Shown here piece after piece: positions 18,929 to 28,783 of a stretch of 64,000 bases of DNA. A program made the position numbers and the translations under genes. This DNA is from Patescibacteria group bacterium. GTDB taxonomy: Bacteria; Patescibacteriota; Patescibacteriia; JBAZBY01. Location: assembly GCA_041671225.1 (NCBI GenBank), contig JBAZBY010000001.1, positions 897,130 through 961,129 on the forward strand, read 5' to 3'. How positions within the stretch are numbered: position 1 is the stretch's first letter; each line of letters begins with the position of its first letter. Below the pieces are notes generated by a model that saw nothing but the letters and a program-made list of their open reading frames with translations, had not been told where the DNA came from and ran no database searches.

Positions 18929-20362
18929 TCAAGATGAGAACCAATTCTTTAAAATGTCTTTTACTTTATTCACTATACCCTCTGCGGTGATTGGTGGTTT
19001 AGTAAGGGTGAGCGAAACATCACCAAACGTAAGCGGCAACGCGGTTTCATCATCAGTCAAAAGCACGAATCGATACCCTGCATCAGTTTGAACAAGTGAG
19101 TTGAGGGGAAATGTTGCCCCGGTCAAAAATACCCCATCCGATGTCTTCTCTGGTTCCCTATATTCTGCATAAAGATACTTTATGTCATACGCGTCAGCGA
19201 CATTTCTTTCAAGTAGCGGAAGACTAAAACGCGGCACAAAATGATTAAAGGAATCAAGGACAAATTCTCCCTCCGATGTAAGAGTGAGCTTCTGTGATGC
19301 AAAAGTGATGCTCTGCTCTGCGTCAGAAAAAACAAAATGCCGTTTTCCTCCCGCGGGAATAGTCTCGTCTTTTTCGTTGATAGTAACAACCGCAGATTTT
19401 GTATCAGCATTCTGGATATTCATACTAAAACCTACCAATGAGAGAGAAATTGGCTCGGCGGATTCTGCGCGCAAGACATCGGTCAAAACGAGTTGGCTAG
19501 TGCTCGCTGCTATTGAGGTAATAACCACATCACTATTCGCCTCAAGAACAAGCCGGTAAATACCTGTAGGGATGCCGTCCAAAAAAATATGCATTGTCTG
19601 TCCCGGTCCGCGTCTCGTGCTTTGTGTTTCATCACCATCATCTTGCAACGTTTCAGCAAAGAGGCGTTCGCCAGCCTGATTATAGACAAAGGCCGTGATG
19701 CGATCCGGACCGTTCTTCAGATTTGCGTCCTGTTTGCTAAAAGAAATATCCAGTGGTTCATTTTCAATATAAGCATAAAAAGTATGCGTACCAAGTAGGG
19801 AAATATTCATATGGCGTGCATCGCCGTCCTCGGTATCAGCGGGTAAGCTTGGATTCCCAAGGGTAGTATTGAGCAACATGACCTCATTGCCTGGTGGTGG
19901 GGATGTTGTGAACTCCGCTATTGAACCATACTGCGGCTCACGTTGTAGGAGCACCATATCTCCTTCCCGTACCACATCCCAATCCGCATACTCTGCAAAC
20001 GCAGGAGCATAGAGCGTACGACGAATATCCTCACGATTTGGCAACCCCACGCCAAGTATATCAATACGCGCACGGGGATTCTCAAACGCAAATCCAAGCT
20101 TCACTCCGGTAAACGGACGCCATGGAGAAAGTGTAAAACGCGCCCCATTCGCGATCATATCTCTGCGAGCCTGGTTGCCTACACCTCTCACCTCGCTGAA
20201 GTACATTGCGTCAGAAAAACCCTTCAAGACATCACCAATTGCGCTCTGATGAAAAACCACAGCAACGCTGCTTCCAGGAACGATAAGGCGAATGGAAATC
20301 CAGATCACCAGCGCAACCGGCAATAACCAGGCGACGATACGTAGTATTGAAAATCGTTTCAT
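18929..20362 (-). CDS. secreted/periplasmic hypothetical protein (N-terminal TM anchor)
   Basis: 477 aa with no recognisable catalytic motif. Its start overlaps the stop of the upstream GT-C gene by 1 nt (TAATG). Confidence 0.4.
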   Translation of the reverse strand: MKRFSILRIVAWLLPVALVIWISIRLIVPGSSVAVVFHQSAIGDVLKGFSDAMYFSEVRGVGNQARRDMIANGARFTLSPWRPFTGVKLGFAFENPRARIDILGVGLPNREDIRRTLYAPAFAEYADWDVVREGDMVLLQREPQYGSIAEFTTSPPPGNEVMLLNTTLGNPSLPADTEDGDARHMNISLLGTHTFYAYIENEPLDISFSKQDANLKNGPDRITAFVYNQAGERLFAETLQDDGDETQSTRRGPGQTMHIFLDGIPTGIYRLVLEANSDVVITSIAASTSQLVLTDVLRAESAEPISLSLVGFSMNIQNADTKSAVVTINEKDETIPAGGKRHFVFSDAEQSITFASQKLTLTSEGEFVLDSFNHFVPRFSLPLLERNVADAYDIKYLYAEYREPEKTSDGVFLTGATFPLNSLVQTDAGYRFVLLTDDETALPLTFGDVSLTLTKPPITAEGIVNKVKDILKNWFSS

Positions 20363-21927
20363 TATTCTAATGCCATTGGTTCAAAAGAATATAGTGGGTC
20401 CTGACCAATCATTCCAACAGGCACAAGAAGATACCCCTCTGCTGTTGCAATATCACTCAATACATCTACATCGCGTGCGGCGATATCATTATAATAAATG
20501 GAATACGTGCCAAGAAGCTTCGGGAGAAGATCGCGCATATCTTGCGAGATCTCATTATACCCCATAACGCGCCGGGCAGGGAAAAAAAGCTTATCCTTTG
20601 CGCCGGCAATAATCAGCGCGTCGCTAGGTGTTTGTGTCTTGATTGCCTCTGCGGCCTCTGTAATCTGCGGGATGTCTTTCTGAAAAAACTTCGACAACCC
20701 ATTCTCCTTTTCAAAAATGACCAGATGCAAAGAAAATCCAAAAAAAGCAACAAGAAGCGTTGCGGCAAAGTATTTTCCTGCATGATGACTACTACGAATA
20801 ATCTGCTGCATGCCATGCGCGGCAAGCGGCGTAAACAAAACTGTCAATGGCAAAAAGTACCGTACGAATGATGAACCAATGATAGGATGACTACTGCTTG
20901 TGGATGCACCATAATATGGTGTACCTGCGTAATACCAAAAAAGCCACACCGCAAGTAAAATGCTGCCGCTTAGCCACAGCATAGACCCGCGCACGCGTCG
21001 TGCAAATACAACAAACAGAACGCCAAGCGCAGCAAGGAACGTAAAAAGCGGGAAGAGTTCAAGCCCATACCATTGAATTGTGGTGCGATACAACGCGACA
21101 TGAGTTGCAACCGGCATCATGAGACGAAAAAGTTTGTTCAACAGGCCAGTATCAACCGCGGCGATGCCTGCATCAACTCCGGCGGTGTACCCAAAAGAAA
21201 AGGGCCCGCCAAACGTTACATCATTCAACGCCAACAATGGAAGAATACCAATTCCAATACCGAACAATAAAAGAAAAGTATAAATAATTTTTTCTCGTCG
21301 CAAAAATCTCCACCACGCAATAAGTATGAATACACCAACCCACACTACTTCATTTGCCCGCAGCGATATTCCAAAACCGAGTATGAGTCCGCAAAGAAAA
21401 ATGAACCATATGCGCTTGCTGCGATATGCATATATACCCAGCCATGCGGCACAAAGTAGCACAGAAATGAATGCAATGTTGTGCCAATGCCCCTTAATGG
21501 TAAAGAAAAGTATGCCCGGTGAAAATGCAAGGAGAAACAGGCTCAGTAATGCATTCTGAAAATTCCATACATACTTCACGATGCCAAAAAAAGCGAGCAA
21601 GCCGAGGGTTGCCAGTAATGGCGTCAAAAGAAGTGTTGCGTTTTCTCCAAACACGGCGCGCATACTGCCGAGGAGTAATGGAAAACTGAGATAGCTGGAG
21701 GGCACGAACGCACCATCCACAATCTCAATATTACGTGGACGAAAAACCTTTGCCGTATCCTCGGGCAAAGCGCTGCCAAGTGTCATTGTTCCCTCTTCTG
21801 CAAACTGTTGTGCGGCAGCGGCATTGACCACCTCATCTGGAGACGTAAAATGCTGCCCGGCAAACAGTGCAGTGAAGGCGGTACCGACAAAAAAAAGTCC
21901 AAGAATAACAAAGGGAAGGTGGCGCAT
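20362..21927 (-). CDS. GT-C membrane glycosyltransferase, ArnT/PMT-like
   Basis: About 11 TM helices. The first extracytoplasmic loop is FTSPDEVVNAAAAQQFAEEGTMTLG (DE ... G-T motif). C-terminal ~120-aa soluble domain. Confidence 0.55.
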   Translation of the reverse strand: MRHLPFVILGLFFVGTAFTALFAGQHFTSPDEVVNAAAAQQFAEEGTMTLGSALPEDTAKVFRPRNIEIVDGAFVPSSYLSFPLLLGSMRAVFGENATLLLTPLLATLGLLAFFGIVKYVWNFQNALLSLFLLAFSPGILFFTIKGHWHNIAFISVLLCAAWLGIYAYRSKRIWFIFLCGLILGFGISLRANEVVWVGVFILIAWWRFLRREKIIYTFLLLFGIGIGILPLLALNDVTFGGPFSFGYTAGVDAGIAAVDTGLLNKLFRLMMPVATHVALYRTTIQWYGLELFPLFTFLAALGVLFVVFARRVRGSMLWLSGSILLAVWLFWYYAGTPYYGASTSSSHPIIGSSFVRYFLPLTVLFTPLAAHGMQQIIRSSHHAGKYFAATLLVAFFGFSLHLVIFEKENGLSKFFQKDIPQITEAAEAIKTQTPSDALIIAGAKDKLFFPARRVMGYNEISQDMRDLLPKLLGTYSIYYNDIAARDVDVLSDIATAEGYLLVPVGMIGQDPLYSFEPMALE

Positions 21928-21932
21928 AAACT

Positions 21933-22133
21933 TTACCTATCCCCCTTCTGTTGTGCAGCATAGGGAAGCACGAACACGAGTGCTGCGACATACACCAAAA
22001 TCGGGGAAAATGGCAGTGGGACTTCCGGGAAAAACACCGCAACAAGCATCATAATGAGTGCGAGTATAATCCCACTATAAAAAAAGTCTCGCGCTACCAA
22101 ACCCCATTGGATTTTAGGATAAATATGATTCAT
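21933..22133 (-). CDS. small two-TM membrane protein immediately upstream of the GT-C gene
   Basis: 66 aa with two hydrophobic helices, 6 nt upstream of the GT-C start on the same strand. No homology call possible. Confidence 0.3.
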   Translation of the reverse strand: MNHIYPKIQWGLVARDFFYSGIILALIMMLVAVFFPEVPLPFSPILVYVAALVFVLPYAAQQKGDR

Positions 22134-22202
22134 ACCATCATCCTAGCGCAACATACGCCTTTCTACCACTATAGCGCCACACGCTCGCACAGGTGATACA
22201 TC

Positions 22203-23132
22203 ATGGGATACGCCACATCAGAAAAGAGTATTCCTAACATACTCGGGATTGCACATGATGGAAATCATTTGTTCCAATGCCCAAAAAACAGTACAATCAC
22301 ATGCATAGTAAAACCTCTACGTATGTTACGAAAAATTCTTCACCTTTCTACTAGCTTGGGCTTGGAGCTGGTTATCGCCAGGGTGATCAAGGCAATTCCA
22401 TGGCTCAATGCATTTCTCCTCAAAAATGGCTGGAGCGACAAAAACGATAAAAATTCGCACCTCATTTACGATAATATCAAAAAATATTTTAGCGCTGCTG
22501 AAATCTCCCTGGGTGGGAAAAAAATCCTAGAAATCGGCAGTGGCCGGGCGTATTCTCTCGGTGCTCTCTTCATTTCACAATCTCACGCGAAGTCATTTCT
22601 TGCGAGTGACCCTTTTAATAAACACTATGATGGCGAGCAGCCGCCCGTCGATGCTCATGGCATTACATTTGAAAAAATAGATTTCACCAATGTTCATGAC
22701 ATTCAAAAATACGAAAAAACTTTTGACGTCGTACTTTCAACGGCAGTTCTGGAACACATTCATCGTGACGTATGCGAGCAGTTGGTCAAAAATATGAATC
22801 ATGTTCTGGCGCCGGGCGGATACGCCTTTCATCAAATAGATTTTAAGGATCATTTCAACGGTAAACACTTACCGTTTAACTTCTATAAATACTCCAACAC
22901 GCAGTGGGAAGCAGCGACAAGAAATACTATTTTTTATACCAACCGACTCCGTTACTCCGATTGGAAACATTTCTTCCAAAATAACGGTTTTCAGATTATA
23001 AACCTCCACAAATATCATAAAGAAAATCCGACGTTTCCAAAAAAGATTGCGTCTGATTTTCGGTCATATGGCCGTGATGATCTGGAAGTTCGGGCCATGG
23101 ACATTCTGGTACAAAAAGTTTCTTCTCGGTAA
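22203..23132 (+). CDS. class I SAM-dependent methyltransferase
   Basis: Motif I LEIGSGRAYSLGALF and post-I/II motifs (VLSTAVLEHI, LAPGGYAFHQID). The start is uncertain (possible internal ATG at 22323). Confidence 0.65.
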   Translation: MGYATSEKSIPNILGIAHDGNHLFQCPKNSTITCIVKPLRMLRKILHLSTSLGLELVIARVIKAIPWLNAFLLKNGWSDKNDKNSHLIYDNIKKYFSAAEISLGGKKILEIGSGRAYSLGALFISQSHAKSFLASDPFNKHYDGEQPPVDAHGITFEKIDFTNVHDIQKYEKTFDVVLSTAVLEHIHRDVCEQLVKNMNHVLAPGGYAFHQIDFKDHFNGKHLPFNFYKYSNTQWEAATRNTIFYTNRLRYSDWKHFFQNNGFQIINLHKYHKENPTFPKKIASDFRSYGRDDLEVRAMDILVQKVSSR

Positions 23133-23212
23133 GCAGGCTTTTCCCCTAACTTCTTTACCTTTGTACTGTTTTTTGGTATAGTTCGTATGATTTTATTAGT
23201 AAGAAAACTGTT

Positions 23213-24169
23213 TTGAAATCGGTTTTAGTGACCGGAGGGGCAGGATTCATTGGCTCGCACGTCACACGTACTCTTTCTGAACGCGGCGATTCGGTGGTCA
23301 TTATTGATAATTTTAACGACTACTACGATCCTCAAATAAAAGAGGATCGAATTTCAGTTTTTCTGAAGGAGTACAACCCAACGTTGTACCGAGTTGATTT
23401 CTCTGAAAGAGAGGCTTTGATCCCCTTGTTTCAAAAGCACCAGTTTGATTCTATCGTCCATCTCGGCGCCCGAGCTGGAGTGCGGGCATCAATTGAGGAT
23501 CCATACATCTACACACAGGCAAATGTTTTTGGCACGCTAAACATTCTTGAGATGGCGCGCCAATTTAAAGTTCCGCAGGTTGTCCTTGCGTCAACCTCTG
23601 CGGTCTACGGCGGTAATAAAAAAATCCCCTTTTCCGAAACAGACCCCGTTGATAAACCAATTTCACCGTATGCCGCAACAAAGAAAGCAACGGAACTGAT
23701 GGCCTACACCTACCATCACCTCCATAAGTTACAGTGCACCTGTTTACGTTTTTTCACTGTGTATGGACCCTGGGGTCGGCCCGACATGGCACTTTTTAAA
23801 TTCACCAAAAATATTCTCGCGGACCAACCAATCGATATTTACAACAACGGCAAGCACCAACGTGATTTCACATACATCGATGATATCGTTGCCGGTATCC
23901 TTGCAGCGGTGGATAATCCTTTTCCATATGAGATAATAAATCTCGGTAATTCACATACAGAGGATCTTCTCCACTTCATAGAGATTATTGAACAAGTCCT
24001 AGGAAAAAAAGCTCGCAGAAATTTACTGCCCATGCAGCCCGGTGATGTCGAAAAAACATATGCCGATATAACAAAGGCAAAGCAGCTGCTTCATTTTGAA
24101 CCAAAAACCAGAATTGATGAAGGCATCAAGAATTTTATCAATTGGTATCGAGAATACTATCATTCATGA
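23213..24169 (+). CDS. UDP-glucuronate 4-epimerase (NAD-dependent epimerase, WcaG/Cap1J-like)
   Basis: TGGAGFIGSH, YAATKKATE, and the family-specific RFFTVYGPWGRPDMA block. TTG start. Confidence 0.8.
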   Translation: MKSVLVTGGAGFIGSHVTRTLSERGDSVVIIDNFNDYYDPQIKEDRISVFLKEYNPTLYRVDFSEREALIPLFQKHQFDSIVHLGARAGVRASIEDPYIYTQANVFGTLNILEMARQFKVPQVVLASTSAVYGGNKKIPFSETDPVDKPISPYAATKKATELMAYTYHHLHKLQCTCLRFFTVYGPWGRPDMALFKFTKNILADQPIDIYNNGKHQRDFTYIDDIVAGILAAVDNPFPYEIINLGNSHTEDLLHFIEIIEQVLGKKARRNLLPMQPGDVEKTYADITKAKQLLHFEPKTRIDEGIKNFINWYREYYHS

Positions 24170-25116
24170 AACCCATGTCAGAAAATAGCAATCTAGAGTA
24201 CTCTGTTGTCATTCCGGTCCATAATGAAGAAGAAAATGTCATCCCACTCCACCAAGAATTGCTGGAAGTACTGCAGCATTTGGGGAAGGCATTTGAAATA
24301 ATCTTCATTGATGACGGTTCAACCGATGGGACGTTTGGTCGACTCCAATCTCTCCACCCCGTAAAAATCATTCGGTTCAGAAAAAATTTCGGGCAGACGG
24401 CAGCGATGGATGCCGGCTTTCGTGCTGCCCGCGGCAATGTCATCATCACATTGGATGGTGATCGCCAGAACGATCCCCATGATATCCCTGCACTGCTCAG
24501 CAAATTGGATGAAGGATATGAGGTTGTTTCTGGATGGCGTTGGCAACGAAAAGACACCCACATGAAACACTTTGTTTCACGCGGCGCAAATGTTCTGCGT
24601 GGCCTTTTGATCAAGGACCAAATTCATGATTCAGGTTGTTCTCTCAAAGTATATCGAAAAGAGTGTTTTGAAAACCTCAACTTATTCGGAGAAATGCACC
24701 GATTTATCCCTGCTATTCTCGGCTGGCAGGGTTTTAAGGTTGGCGAGTTAAAAGTTAGCCACAGACCACGAATAGCAGGAAAAACAAAATACGGATGGAA
24801 GCGCATTGTGAAGGGTTTTGTTGATATGATTTCTGTCTGGTTTTGGAGGAAATATTCAAACCGGCCACTGCATCTTTTTGGCAGTGCTGGTCTCCTTTTT
24901 ATTTCCATCGGGACGCTTCTGGGTTTTGGGCTCCTTGTTGGCCGTGCATTCTTCGGGTTGTCGCTGGCAAACCGTATCTGGCCACTCCTTGCGGTCTTTG
25001 TTCTACTTGCCGGTATCCAATTGTTTGTTTCTGGGTTGATGGCGGACATTCTTATTAAAATACACTTTCGCGAAAAACCGAGTTATTCGGTCAAGGAAGT
25101 ATTTGAGAATAGTTAG
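24166..25116 (+). CDS. GT2 polyprenyl-phosphate glycosyltransferase (GtrB/ArnC/DPM1-like) with C-terminal TM hairpins
   Basis: YSVVIPVHNEEENV...FIDDGSTDGT... plus 2-4 C-terminal TM helices. ATGA overlap with the upstream stop. Confidence 0.8.
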   Translation: MKPMSENSNLEYSVVIPVHNEEENVIPLHQELLEVLQHLGKAFEIIFIDDGSTDGTFGRLQSLHPVKIIRFRKNFGQTAAMDAGFRAARGNVIITLDGDRQNDPHDIPALLSKLDEGYEVVSGWRWQRKDTHMKHFVSRGANVLRGLLIKDQIHDSGCSLKVYRKECFENLNLFGEMHRFIPAILGWQGFKVGELKVSHRPRIAGKTKYGWKRIVKGFVDMISVWFWRKYSNRPLHLFGSAGLLFISIGTLLGFGLLVGRAFFGLSLANRIWPLLAVFVLLAGIQLFVSGLMADILIKIHFREKPSYSVKEVFENS

Positions 25117-25124
25117 CGGCACGC

Positions 25125-26243
25125 ATGCGCATCCTTGTACTTAATTACGAATATCCCCCGCTTGGTGGCGGCGGTTCTTACGTTTCTCATGAGATAGCAA
25201 AAGGGTATGTTCGTCAGGGACATGCCGTGGATGTTGTGACCATGGGTCTTAAGGGACTTCCCTCGTATGAAAATATTGACGGGGTATCGGTATATCGGGT
25301 TCCTTCAGGAAGAAAAAAATATGAAATTAGTCATTTGAGAGAACAGTTGTATTATCTGTGGTCGGCCTATTTTAAGATCAAATCCCTGCGTCATCAGCGG
25401 CAGTGGGACGTATGCCATTGTCATTTCTTAGTACCGACTGGGATACTTGCGGTCATCATTAAAAAACTTTTTCATATTCCGTATATCATCACCGCGCATG
25501 GAAGTGACGTTCCGGGGCACAATACGGAACGCTTCACCTTGCTGCACAAACTCACTCCCCGGCTCATCAAGGGAATTCTCCGCAACGCTCTCCACGTCAC
25601 AGTCCCATCGAGTTATCTAAAAAAACTCATTCAAAAAAATATCTCCGGCACGCGTGAGATTCCCATTATGGTTATCCCGAACGGCTCATCTTCATTGCAT
25701 GACACTTCCATACAAAAAGAAAGAATAATTTTGAGCGTTGGGAGAATGTTACCTTTTAAAGGATTCCAGTACATCATTGAAGCATTTCAAAACCTGCACG
25801 CTTCCGATTGGCGACTTGTTTTAGTTGGCGATGGCCCCTACAAAAAAGAACTAGAAGCACAAAGTGCCGGCAATACCAACATACAGTTCACTGGCTGGAT
25901 AAATAAAAATGACCCTCAATTCGCTCGACTCTATAATGCCGCCTCAATCTTCATGTTATTGTCTCGACAAGAAAGTCAGGGTATTGTCTTGGTGGAAGCA
26001 ATGAGCACCGGCTGTGCCATCATTGCATCAGACGCGCCCGCAATCCGTGAAACCTTGGGGCAGAACAATAGCCTTATTATTTCACCAGATGTTGCTGCTA
26101 CAACCAAAGCGCTGCGGCTGTTGATTGAAAACCAAAGCCAGCGCGAATTTTTTTCTTCTCAATCACAAAAACGCTTTAAGGACTTTACCTGGGATGCTAT
26201 TCTATCGAAATATATGCACCTCATAACATCGGCCCATGAGTAA
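25125..26243 (+). CDS. GT4 glycosyltransferase
   Basis: MRILVLNYEYPPLGGGGSYVSHEIA... and an E-x7-E-like C-terminal domain (QESQGIVLVEAMSTG). Confidence 0.8.
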   Translation: MRILVLNYEYPPLGGGGSYVSHEIAKGYVRQGHAVDVVTMGLKGLPSYENIDGVSVYRVPSGRKKYEISHLREQLYYLWSAYFKIKSLRHQRQWDVCHCHFLVPTGILAVIIKKLFHIPYIITAHGSDVPGHNTERFTLLHKLTPRLIKGILRNALHVTVPSSYLKKLIQKNISGTREIPIMVIPNGSSSLHDTSIQKERIILSVGRMLPFKGFQYIIEAFQNLHASDWRLVLVGDGPYKKELEAQSAGNTNIQFTGWINKNDPQFARLYNAASIFMLLSRQESQGIVLVEAMSTGCAIIASDAPAIRETLGQNNSLIISPDVAATTKALRLLIENQSQREFFSSQSQKRFKDFTWDAILSKYMHLITSAHE

Positions 26244-27324
26244 GAAAAGGCTTGCAATGATATTCCCGAAGGATTCAGAGGCGATGTTCAATGTTAACAG
26301 CCTATCAACTTTTGGTGGAGCAAGTGTGCAACTTTATCTTCTTGCGAGGGAACTTGGTCAGAACAATCAGTTGGAAATTCTTTCAATCATTCCTGATTAT
26401 CCTGTCATCAACTTTCCTGATGCTGGTCTTTTTACGTTGGTAAAAACCACCCCGGCAAATGCCGGCTTGCTGACGAAGATACGCTCATACAATGCCACCC
26501 TTCGTAAAATAAAACCGGAATACGTTGTGCAGCGTGGATTAACGCTTTTTTCCTGCATCCTTGCGTTGTATTGTCGTCTATCAAAAATAAAATTTATCTA
26601 CATGCTGGCAAGCGACTCCGAAGCAAACGGCCGATATCAACGTACCAACAGAAAGTGCGCCCTTTTCCCGCTACTGATCCATACCGCATCACTACTTATC
26701 ACCCAAAATCATCATCAACAAGAGACGCTGACCCAGCGGTATCATACCCGCAGTGAGCTATTAATGAGTGGGTATGAAATCCCTGCAGCGATACCACCAA
26801 AAACAAACACGGCTCTATGGGTAGGGAGATGCGATCGAATGAAGCATCCTGAGATCTTTTTAGACCTAGCGCGACAAATGCCGCAAATACAATTTGTCCT
26901 TGTCTGCTCTCTGGGGGGCGATGCGGAGCTGAATCAACAAATCCGTACGCAAGCTTCTGCGCTACCAAATGTATCATTTAATGATTTTATTCCTTGGGCA
27001 GAAATCGATCGTTATTTTGCATCCGCAAAATTCCTGATCAATACATCTGACTACGAAGGCTTCCCGCAAACATTTGTTCAGGCGACAAAGAATGGTACGA
27101 TCATTTTAAGTCTGCATGCAAATCCCAATAATATCCTACGTGAGTTCGAATGTGGTCTTTGTACGAATGGCGACATGGTAAAAATGAGACAGGCATTAAC
27201 AGACTTATCTCGTACTGATGATGCGGCATACCGCGCCATGTCAGAAAAAGCATATGCGTATGCGTCTCAGTATCATGATATACATTCCGTAGCTAAAACA
27301 TTGACTGACTTAATACGATGTTAA
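26236..27324 (+). CDS. GT4-like glycosyltransferase (divergent)
   Basis: GT-B C-terminal domain (SDYEGFPQTFVQATKNGT). 8-nt overlap with the upstream GT4. Confidence 0.6.
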   Translation: MSKKRLAMIFPKDSEAMFNVNSLSTFGGASVQLYLLARELGQNNQLEILSIIPDYPVINFPDAGLFTLVKTTPANAGLLTKIRSYNATLRKIKPEYVVQRGLTLFSCILALYCRLSKIKFIYMLASDSEANGRYQRTNRKCALFPLLIHTASLLITQNHHQQETLTQRYHTRSELLMSGYEIPAAIPPKTNTALWVGRCDRMKHPEIFLDLARQMPQIQFVLVCSLGGDAELNQQIRTQASALPNVSFNDFIPWAEIDRYFASAKFLINTSDYEGFPQTFVQATKNGTIILSLHANPNNILREFECGLCTNGDMVKMRQALTDLSRTDDAAYRAMSEKAYAYASQYHDIHSVAKTLTDLIRC

Positions 27325-27333
27325 CCAAAACAC

Positions 27334-28191
27334 ATGCCCCCATTTCATGAATCAGAAAAAGCGCATCCACGGGTGAGTATTGTTGTTCTTAACTGGAACG
27401 GATTCCAGGATACGTGTGAGTGTGTAGATTCGTTGCGAGCATTAACATATCCGAACTTTGAGGTTTTTATTGTTGACAATGCCTCATCAGGTGACGACGC
27501 AAAAAGACTTTCAGAAAAATTTGGTTCTTTCATCCGGCTTAAAGTGAATGACGCCAATCTTGGGTTTTCTGGCGGCAACAACACGGCAATAAGGCAGATA
27601 GTGGCTGAGGGGCAAAGCCATTATATCGTGCTGCTGAATAATGACACGGCGGTGAAGGAAAATTTTTTGACAGAGCTCGTCCACTCAGCGCAAACCCACA
27701 AGAATGCGGCAATCTTCGGCCCAAAAGCATTCTTTTATAGTTTCAAAGGACGGCGAAATGTCATCTGTTCAACCGCTGGGACGATAAACTGGTATGTCAG
27801 CCCTGGCTATTTCCAAAAGGACAAGTACAAATCAGATCAAGAGTTAAACGATTCTGCTCCCCGGGAGGCAAAATGGATTAGCGGTGCGTGTATGATGATC
27901 GACGCAAAAAAAATCGACCCATTATTAAATGAGTCATATTACTTCGGTTGTGAGGATATTGATAAGTGCCTAAAAGCAAAGGTACAAGGGCTTACCACGC
28001 TGTATGTCCCAACATCAATCATTTGGCACAAAGTCGGCGCTAGTAGGCCTCGTGCATTACGATTTAAGATACGAGAGATACTCACAAGTTATAAACTCAT
28101 GAAGTATCACAACCCTGCTTGGCTTTTAGCGACCCCCTCGTTCTTCGTTTCTGCGGTGATAAAATTTCTTAAAAAGAAAGTCACTTCTTAA
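27334..28191 (+). CDS. GT2 glycosyltransferase (soluble)
   Basis: VSIVVLNWNG...FIVDNASSGDD...VLLNNDT is the GT-A fold with a DxD-type motif. Confidence 0.8.
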   Translation: MPPFHESEKAHPRVSIVVLNWNGFQDTCECVDSLRALTYPNFEVFIVDNASSGDDAKRLSEKFGSFIRLKVNDANLGFSGGNNTAIRQIVAEGQSHYIVLLNNDTAVKENFLTELVHSAQTHKNAAIFGPKAFFYSFKGRRNVICSTAGTINWYVSPGYFQKDKYKSDQELNDSAPREAKWISGACMMIDAKKIDPLLNESYYFGCEDIDKCLKAKVQGLTTLYVPTSIIWHKVGASRPRALRFKIREILTSYKLMKYHNPAWLLATPSFFVSAVIKFLKKKVTS

Positions 28192-28783
28192 GAACGACCT
28201 CAAGCCCGTTACACGGGATCAAATGGCTGAAGAATACTTCATAGATCTCTTGAAGTTTTGTTGTTTTATTGAATAACTTTTGGCTGAGAATATTGATGAT
28301 ATGATATTTGGCGAAGGCATTTCTAAAAATTATCTTTTGAGAACTGATACCAAAATTAACGGTGTCATAAAAACTCGGTACCTTCCGCAACAAGTGCTCT
28401 TGGTTTTTGGAGAAATAGTAAAATGAATAATAGCCAAAAAACCGTTTATGAGTGAAGTCAGAATAATAATAAGGATTTGAAAAATGTGGCACAAAAATAT
28501 CAACAATACCGCCTGGTTTTAATACTCTGTACATTTCTCTCATTAAGAGATCAAGGTCTTCAATATGTTCAAGGAAGGAATAGGCCCTAATCTCGTCCAC
28601 TGAATCATTGGGAATAAATTGCAGACCTTCTTCCAGATTCGCCACAACGTCTACCTGGGGCAGATCAATGATGTCGAGGTTGATCACATCCTTTTCTTTT
28701 GTATTTCCTCCACCTAAGTTAAGAATGACCTTCGGGGAGTTCAAGGCGTCGCGTAGCCCAATCTTATCTAGGTGTTCCTGCAT
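28181..28783 (-). CDS. class I SAM-dependent methyltransferase
   Basis: LNLGGGNTKEKDVINLDI (motif I) and LKPGGIVDIFVPHF (motif III). Convergent 11-nt overlap with the GT2 gene. Confidence 0.7.
   Translation of the reverse strand: MQEHLDKIGLRDALNSPKVILNLGGGNTKEKDVINLDIIDLPQVDVVANLEEGLQFIPNDSVDEIRAYSFLEHIEDLDLLMREMYRVLKPGGIVDIFVPHFSNPYYYSDFTHKRFFGYYSFYYFSKNQEHLLRKVPSFYDTVNFGISSQKIIFRNAFAKYHIINILSQKLFNKTTKLQEIYEVFFSHLIPCNGLEVVLKK

Noticed and set aside
23161-23191. Possible promoter (TTGTAC ... TATGAT) upstream of the UDP-GlcA epimerase
   Set aside because: The spacer is 19 nt and both hexamers are weak. Not convincing enough to list as a feature.
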